This document shows, piece by piece, positions 58,556-64,000 of a DNA stretch of 64,000 nt (positions are counted from its first letter, which is position 1; each line of letters starts with the position of its first letter). A program made the translations under genes and the position numbers. The notes beneath the pieces were generated by a model. That model was not told the origin of the DNA and ran no database searches. It saw only the letters and a program-made list of their open reading frames with translations. The stretch is from Limisphaerales bacterium. Lineage in GTDB: Bacteria > Verrucomicrobiota > Verrucomicrobiia > Limisphaerales > JAJOIW01. Location of the stretch: contig CBFHOE010000004.1 in the NCBI GenBank assembly GCA_965657355.1, positions 111,584-175,583 on the forward strand, read 5' to 3'.

Positions 58556-61500
58556 TTAAAAAATCCTAACCCTGTAGAATCGACTATCTCCCTCAGGTAG
58601 TGGAGATGTATTATCTTGGAATAGGATTTGATTTTCTGTGCTGCTCGCTTCGATAGTTCTTAAAACTTTCCATTCTCCAGATGTGAGCGACTCTCTGGCC
58701 TCAATTTGATATTGAGTGTCGGGGAGAGCTTTGAATTCCAGTTCAAATATCCCGTTTGTGTTGAGGCGTCCTGCAACCCTTGGGACTCCTTTCTTATAAT
58801 AACCCGGACTAGGGATTTTTCCCTTCCAATTTGTAGGTTCCGTCCCGATTTTGCCGCCAGATAGGCGATGCATAGAAAGCCCATTATCAGAAAGTCCAAT
58901 CGGCCATGGTTCTTCGCTGCGGTATGTGACTTCGTCCACAATATAATATGGCACAGCATTGGCCTCCGACGAATGATTCGGCTGGGGATCCTCGGCCGCC
59001 TTCACGACGATTTTATCTCCTGCATTATTCAACTGCCCCTTGAATGGTCCTAAAACACTTATTGAATTTGGTATGTTGAAAATTGTTCTGAATGAATCGA
59101 GTTTTGACTGGTTTGCGGTAGGATCGAATTTCACAAGTAGCAAACTCTCACCCGGGTCAATCCATAAATCTTTTGGAAAGTCGAAATCAATGCCACCTCG
59201 AACCCTCCAGGTTAATTCGGGGAAATTAACATTGTAGAGAGCGACTCTGTCGTTGGAAAAATTCGTGAGCTCAACAAATTCATCTTCTGTGTTTGCAGAG
59301 TCATCGTTTGTTGGAGGGGTATACATGATTTCAGAAATAATCACAGGGCCAATTCGTGGCGCCGCTTCTATTTCACCAAATGTCATTTTATTTAATGGAT
59401 GATAAATTACCGATCCCTCTGAGTTGACAAAGCGGCCGAATGATTCCCCAGATTTAGATCCAGGAAAATTTTTTCCATTAGCATACCCAGTAAGAATAGA
59501 ATTCTCATCTTGGCTAAAAATGAATATCTCATCACCGGTTGCGTTTAATGAAAATGGTTCCAATGTTTCGTCTGAGTTTGTTGGGTTAAATTGGTTTTCA
59601 CTTATAACGTATAGTTCCCCTGAACCTAAAATTGTATCTTCTGGGATTCGGAATTTATTAGGTCTTCTTAAGTCATCCGAGACGACCCACCCACCAATAT
59701 CAATGGCGACCTCATCCGCATTAATGATTTCAATCATATCCATGAGTGGTGGGTCTGAATGAAGGAGGACTTCATTGATCACGATATTGGGACTCGCCTC
59801 TGGCGGGCCGTTATCAATTCCAGGGCTACCGTAAATAGAACCACTGGATGACCAGTAATCAATGTCAATCGGCTCTGCATTATCTGGATTAGTATTGACC
59901 AATGAGAAGCCTAGACCATCAGTGAGTGGATACCATCTATCGTCATATTCAGCGACCAAAACTACGCTCTGATCCGATTTATTTACGGCTTCCAGCTTTT
60001 CCCCCCCATTTGAAAGTGATTTTAAATATTCCCCGGCGACCGAGGGCTCAAGATTATTTCCGTAACGCAAGAGAAACGCCTGTTTATTTTTTACTAAAAG
60101 CAACCTTTTCCCGGGGCCGATATATCCTGGTGAGCTGTTTGCGAAATCGAAGTCAATGCCGTCGGTGAATTTAATTTCATTTAAATCCAGGCGCTGGCCG
60201 GATGAATTAAAAAGCTCGATAAACTCGAAATCATTATCCTGGATATTCGGCATCTCACTGATCTCACTTTCAGAGGGCTGTGAGGGGTGATAATTAATCT
60301 CTGTGATAATTATCTCGCCAAAAGTTGGAGGCCTATCAACTGATAGTCGAATATCGGTTATGCCCGACCAATTACTTGAAACAGGTGGGTTGTTTGAACC
60401 TGTTAAATTTTTATGAGTGGTTTTGAATACTCTCGTCCTAATTTTAACTGTTTCATTCACTGTTATCGGAGCGGTGTATCTTATAGCTGCTCCTGCGACA
60501 CTTCCTCCAATTTTTCTGGGATCGCTGCCATCAGTTGTATAATATATTGATCCGCCTTCTTCAGAACTTAGCTTGATTTGGGTGCCGGCAGTGACTGTTC
60601 CCGACTCTATGTTTGATTGGGGACGGGCAAGAAATTGACTGTTGATAAATGAAATCCGATTAGCATACCAGGACTTTAATGTTCGAATTTCGCTATTGTA
60701 GGTTCCCCTGAATCTTCCCCACCGTGATTCGTTACGAATTGCTGCACCCCGCAATTGACCTGCCATCGAATCAATGACTTTTGTAATATTAGTAAGGCTC
60801 AATTCTCCATCATTCAAAACCTGCCACCTGTCAATATAAGCTTGCCAGAATTCAAGATCTCGAAAGAGGTCTCTCCACCATGGATAATTAAAAAAATCAG
60901 TGCCCCTGTCACCTCTGTTAGACCTCCACCTAAATGGGTCATCATCACGACTATCCGTTGAACCCATCGACCTATCAAAATCCCAGATAGGACCGAATTT
61001 AAGTTTTCCTCCTCTGGGAAGGGACATATAGGTACTTAATCTGAGGGCATCTACGTTAAAAGCTAATACGTTGAGAAGGTGGTGGTCTATCCAGGCCTCC
61101 ACATCGATATATTCATGATATTTGGGTACGGGGCGATTTCGGTTAGTGGTCGAACGGACCATCTCATTGAAAAAATTTCTGACCCATGTGCGCTTTGAGG
61201 CATTTTCGGGCTTCTCCATTTCAATTTCTTTAGGTTCGACATACAAAACTCTTTGGCCAGGTGCCGAAAATCCTGAATCTCCTGGATCAGTCCGGTCTAT
61301 CTTGAAAATGTAGCCCCCAGAGATTTCCGGCTCAGATTTGTGCTCTGGAAATAACTTTTCAATATCTACCCGATCATCATCTCGGCTTATCTTCTCCATA
61401 AGAGCATAGACTCCGAAATAATCCGACATCTCCAAATTATCACGGTCTTGATTTATAAATACTTCGACAAAGCGTGTTCTCACGGCGTAAGAACCAATCT

Positions 61501-63154
61501 GATTGCTCAATTCATAAATTAGTGGATTACGTATGAGCGAAGGATCAAAATTAAATGGTCCCCACAGTATCCAATCACTCTCGGATGGCATACCCAAAAG
61601 GCTGGCTGACTTATCTTTTTCATTTTCACCCCAGAGTTCCAGACTAAATGATGGTTTAGGTCGCCCAGCGGTGCTCGATCCTCTTACTCGGATTCCAGCG
61701 TTTGATGTATATTGTGGTGTGCTTGTAAGTTTTGTTTTGCCTGTTGCATCGGGCTCAAAAATTGAAAACGATGTCTTTAGCCATCCTGATTGGGGAAACG
61801 GATGGCGGCTCCCGAAAGTATCTAAATAAATGAGGGGGATGTCAGAGGAAAAGGATCTTACATCATTACTCAATTTTATAAATGTATGAGTAATGACAGG
61901 CCCTATAGCATCATCTTTAAATGATCTTGCCCGTATAGTGGTTGAGCCAGTCACCCTAATAGGTGAATTATATAGGGTGGAGCTCTCATTGGGAATTGAT
62001 CCATCCGTCGTGTATCTCATTGCGAATCCAACATCAGATTTAAGCTGCAGAGAAAAGTTTGAAATAAACGTTCCGCTCAGCTTGGAGAAAGTGACTTCCG
62101 GACCCAGGTTTTGAACGGTATTTCCATTACTTTCTCTAGGAGAAGGAAAATAAGAATAGCCATAGTTTCTCGAAGTGTCTCCTCCTGCGTACCCAATGAT
62201 TTTTGGTCGTATGAGAAGATCGGAGCTTGTTACCAAATTGTTTAAACCATGGATCGCTAAAATATTTTTACCCTCTTGCAGTTTGTCTTGGGAACTGGTG
62301 ATCACTATTTGTTCATCAACGATAGCAATATTATCTGGACGGTTTGTGGGTGCCCCTGAGTTCCATCGCAGCGGGGTAGGGGCATTCCGAGAAACTAAAA
62401 GCTGGCCATTTAAATATGCCACCATGCCATCTTCATATTGGATAGATAGAATCAATCTTTCGAAGCTTGGTATATTATCTACATTGAAAGGAATTCTTAT
62501 GTAGACGGATTCATTTTGGTTTCTCATTTGTCTCACATCCAGACCGATTCGGCCAGGGTAATCATAGCCTACTCCTGTCCTTCCAGATTTCCATGATGTG
62601 TCATCAAAATCGAGCTTCGTCCAGTCCAGGGACAAGTTTCCGTCGGTTGGTATGAGAGCCTTTGCGGGGCTGTTGTCTTTGAGTAGGATGATTTCATCTC
62701 CCGGTGACTCATTTCGTGCAAAGGATATATCTGGCTTTTGGGGTGGGTAAGCTGGCGAGAATTCCGTTGCAATCTCTCCGTTTGGTTGAACAAGCGCCAG
62801 ATATTCACCCTCTGAACTAAGTCGGAAATTCGTATGTAGTGGTTGGTTTGGAAATTTTCTATCCCGGCCGGATGCATAAATAAGCATTCTCTGACCCGAA
62901 GATATGATGAAGCTTGGAAATTGCCAGGTTACCCTTGGAAAGTCTCCACTCTCTAATTTCCAATTCCTCAGATTTACATTTTTTGTTGATTGATTATATA
63001 TTTCAATCCAGTCAGATCGATTGCCTTGATCGTCTTTAGGAAGGGATTCATTAGTTGCTAAAATCTCTGAGATAATGACATCCTGAGCAGAACTCCGCAC
63101 CACTGACATTACAACAATAGATAGAGCTAAGTATAAAAGAGACCTTAAGGGCAT
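58556..63154 (-). CDS. Large secreted multidomain protein: lamin-tail domains, chitobiase/Fn3-associated domains and CotH kinase
   Basis: Signal peptide. LTD motifs (IISEI..DWIEIYN, ITEINY..EFIELFN, VINEV, IISEIMY). YTTDGS twice. CotH motifs RVRGSS..K and GPIWDFD. C-terminal RFYRV. Confidence 0.88.
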   Translation of the reverse strand: MPLRSLLYLALSIVVMSVVRSSAQDVIISEILATNESLPKDDQGNRSDWIEIYNQSTKNVNLRNWKLESGDFPRVTWQFPSFIISSGQRMLIYASGRDRKFPNQPLHTNFRLSSEGEYLALVQPNGEIATEFSPAYPPQKPDISFARNESPGDEIILLKDNSPAKALIPTDGNLSLDWTKLDFDDTSWKSGRTGVGYDYPGRIGLDVRQMRNQNESVYIRIPFNVDNIPSFERLILSIQYEDGMVAYLNGQLLVSRNAPTPLRWNSGAPTNRPDNIAIVDEQIVITSSQDKLQEGKNILAIHGLNNLVTSSDLLIRPKIIGYAGGDTSRNYGYSYFPSPRESNGNTVQNLGPEVTFSKLSGTFISNFSLQLKSDVGFAMRYTTDGSIPNESSTLYNSPIRVTGSTTIRARSFKDDAIGPVITHTFIKLSNDVRSFSSDIPLIYLDTFGSRHPFPQSGWLKTSFSIFEPDATGKTKLTSTPQYTSNAGIRVRGSSTAGRPKPSFSLELWGENEKDKSASLLGMPSESDWILWGPFNFDPSLIRNPLIYELSNQIGSYAVRTRFVEVFINQDRDNLEMSDYFGVYALMEKISRDDDRVDIEKLFPEHKSEPEISGGYIFKIDRTDPGDSGFSAPGQRVLYVEPKEIEMEKPENASKRTWVRNFFNEMVRSTTNRNRPVPKYHEYIDVEAWIDHHLLNVLAFNVDALRLSTYMSLPRGGKLKFGPIWDFDRSMGSTDSRDDDPFRWRSNRGDRGTDFFNYPWWRDLFRDLEFWQAYIDRWQVLNDGELSLTNITKVIDSMAGQLRGAAIRNESRWGRFRGTYNSEIRTLKSWYANRISFINSQFLARPQSNIESGTVTAGTQIKLSSEEGGSIYYTTDGSDPRKIGGSVAGAAIRYTAPITVNETVKIRTRVFKTTHKNLTGSNNPPVSSNWSGITDIRLSVDRPPTFGEIIITEINYHPSQPSESEISEMPNIQDNDFEFIELFNSSGQRLDLNEIKFTDGIDFDFANSSPGYIGPGKRLLLVKNKQAFLLRYGNNLEPSVAGEYLKSLSNGGEKLEAVNKSDQSVVLVAEYDDRWYPLTDGLGFSLVNTNPDNAEPIDIDYWSSSGSIYGSPGIDNGPPEASPNIVINEVLLHSDPPLMDMIEIINADEVAIDIGGWVVSDDLRRPNKFRIPEDTILGSGELYVISENQFNPTNSDETLEPFSLNATGDEIFIFSQDENSILTGYANGKNFPGSKSGESFGRFVNSEGSVIYHPLNKMTFGEIEAAPRIGPVIISEIMYTPPTNDDSANTEDEFVELTNFSNDRVALYNVNFPELTWRVRGGIDFDFPKDLWIDPGESLLLVKFDPTANQSKLDSFRTIFNIPNSISVLGPFKGQLNNAGDKIVVKAAEDPQPNHSSEANAVPYYIVDEVTYRSEEPWPIGLSDNGLSMHRLSGGKIGTEPTNWKGKIPSPGYYKKGVPRVAGRLNTNGIFELEFKALPDTQYQIEARESLTSGEWKVLRTIEASSTENQILFQDNTSPLPEGDSRFYRVRIF

Positions 63155-63236
63155 ACCTTAATATACGACAAGTTGTATCAAATTGCTTGAAATAATAATT
63201 TCTTCTTGAGTTAGGCTATAGTCGGAACAATGAAGA

Positions 63237-64000
63237 TTAGTAGTTTATGCTCACCTTTTTGCTGCCTTTATTAATCCGTCCAATAATATGGCAGGCAAAG
63301 CCATTACGCTTAATAGTTGCTGCAATTTTCTTGCTATGCTTCGGTGCCACTATGCAAGTAAGTCCTATGCCCATGTTGAATACATGGAACATTTCCTCAT
63401 TGGAGATTTTTCCATGCTCTTGTATGAGCTGGAAAATAGGCTGGGGAGTCCAAGCATGAGAGTCTACCAACGCATCGAGATTTTCCGGTAAATTTCTTGG
63501 GATGTTGTCGTAAAAGCCTCCACCGGTAATGTGAGCCATCGCCTTGATGCCAGAAGGAGCTTTGGGTTTGTTGTAAGTCTTCAAGAGCTTTGCTATGAGC
63601 TGCCCATAACTGCGATGAATTCTAAGTAGCTCTTGGCCAATAGTTTTTTTGCCTAGACTGCTTACTTTACTTGAAATCTTTAACCCCATTTTATCAAACA
63701 AGACATTTCTCGCCAGAGAGTATCCATTAGTATGAAGGCCATTAGACTCAATCCCTATAATCAAATCCCCTTCCTTTACCTTTGATCCGTCTAAAATTTT
63801 CTTTTTATCGACGATACCTACGATAGTTCCGCTGACATCATATTCACCCTTCTGATAGAATCCTGGCATCTGCGCCGTCTCTCCGCCTAGTAGTGAACAG
63901 TTGTTTTCGGCGCAGGCAATCGCAAAGCCTCTCAGGATATCTTGAAAGACCTTTGGTGTTAGTTTTCCAGTTCCAAGGTAATCGAGAAAAAACAAAGCCT
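63237..64000 (-). CDS. purM: Phosphoribosylformylglycinamidine cyclo-ligase (AIR synthase), 5'-truncated
   Basis: FFLDY, GGETAQMPG, SNGLHTNGYSLAR, AHITGGG and FNMGIG. Confidence 0.96.
   Translation of the reverse strand, partial: ALFFLDYLGTGKLTPKVFQDILRGFAIACAENNCSLLGGETAQMPGFYQKGEYDVSGTIVGIVDKKKILDGSKVKEGDLIIGIESNGLHTNGYSLARNVLFDKMGLKISSKVSSLGKKTIGQELLRIHRSYGQLIAKLLKTYNKPKAPSGIKAMAHITGGGFYDNIPRNLPENLDALVDSHAWTPQPIFQLIQEHGKISNEEMFHVFNMGIGLTCIVAPKHSKKIAATIKRNGFACHIIGRINKGSKKVSINY

Overview
A gene-dense, ~40% GC bacterial chromosomal segment, most consistent with a marine Verrucomicrobiota/PVC genome (inferred from the LTD-CotH surface protein, DUF1080, futalosine-pathway MqnC, LpxI and eukaryote-type UGPase). 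It holds about 40 CDS and one tRNA-Met(CAT). No CRISPR array, rRNA, transposase or prophage was seen. Housekeeping content includes dnaB-bamA-skp, miaB, partial purM, lpxI, mqnC, a CCA-type nucleotidyltransferase and an RlhA-like U32 protein. Accessory content includes an RND pump with two permeases, two hybrid histidine kinases (one with a degenerate ATPase domain) and a four-gene oxidative L-sugar cluster. The most striking observation is an unannotated two-gene unit at 38603-41421 (minus strand). Its membrane protein carries two metal-site motifs spaced like the CuC and CuD sites of PmoC/AmoC (D-x3-H-x12-H and D-x3-H-x13-H), followed by a weakly PmoA-like segment. The next gene encodes an exported protein with PmoB-like topology (predicted N-terminal His, two central TM helices, His-rich C-terminal domains). 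This is a candidate highly divergent copper membrane monooxygenase-like or copper-handling system in C-A-B order. All family calls come from by-eye motif recognition; no searches were run.
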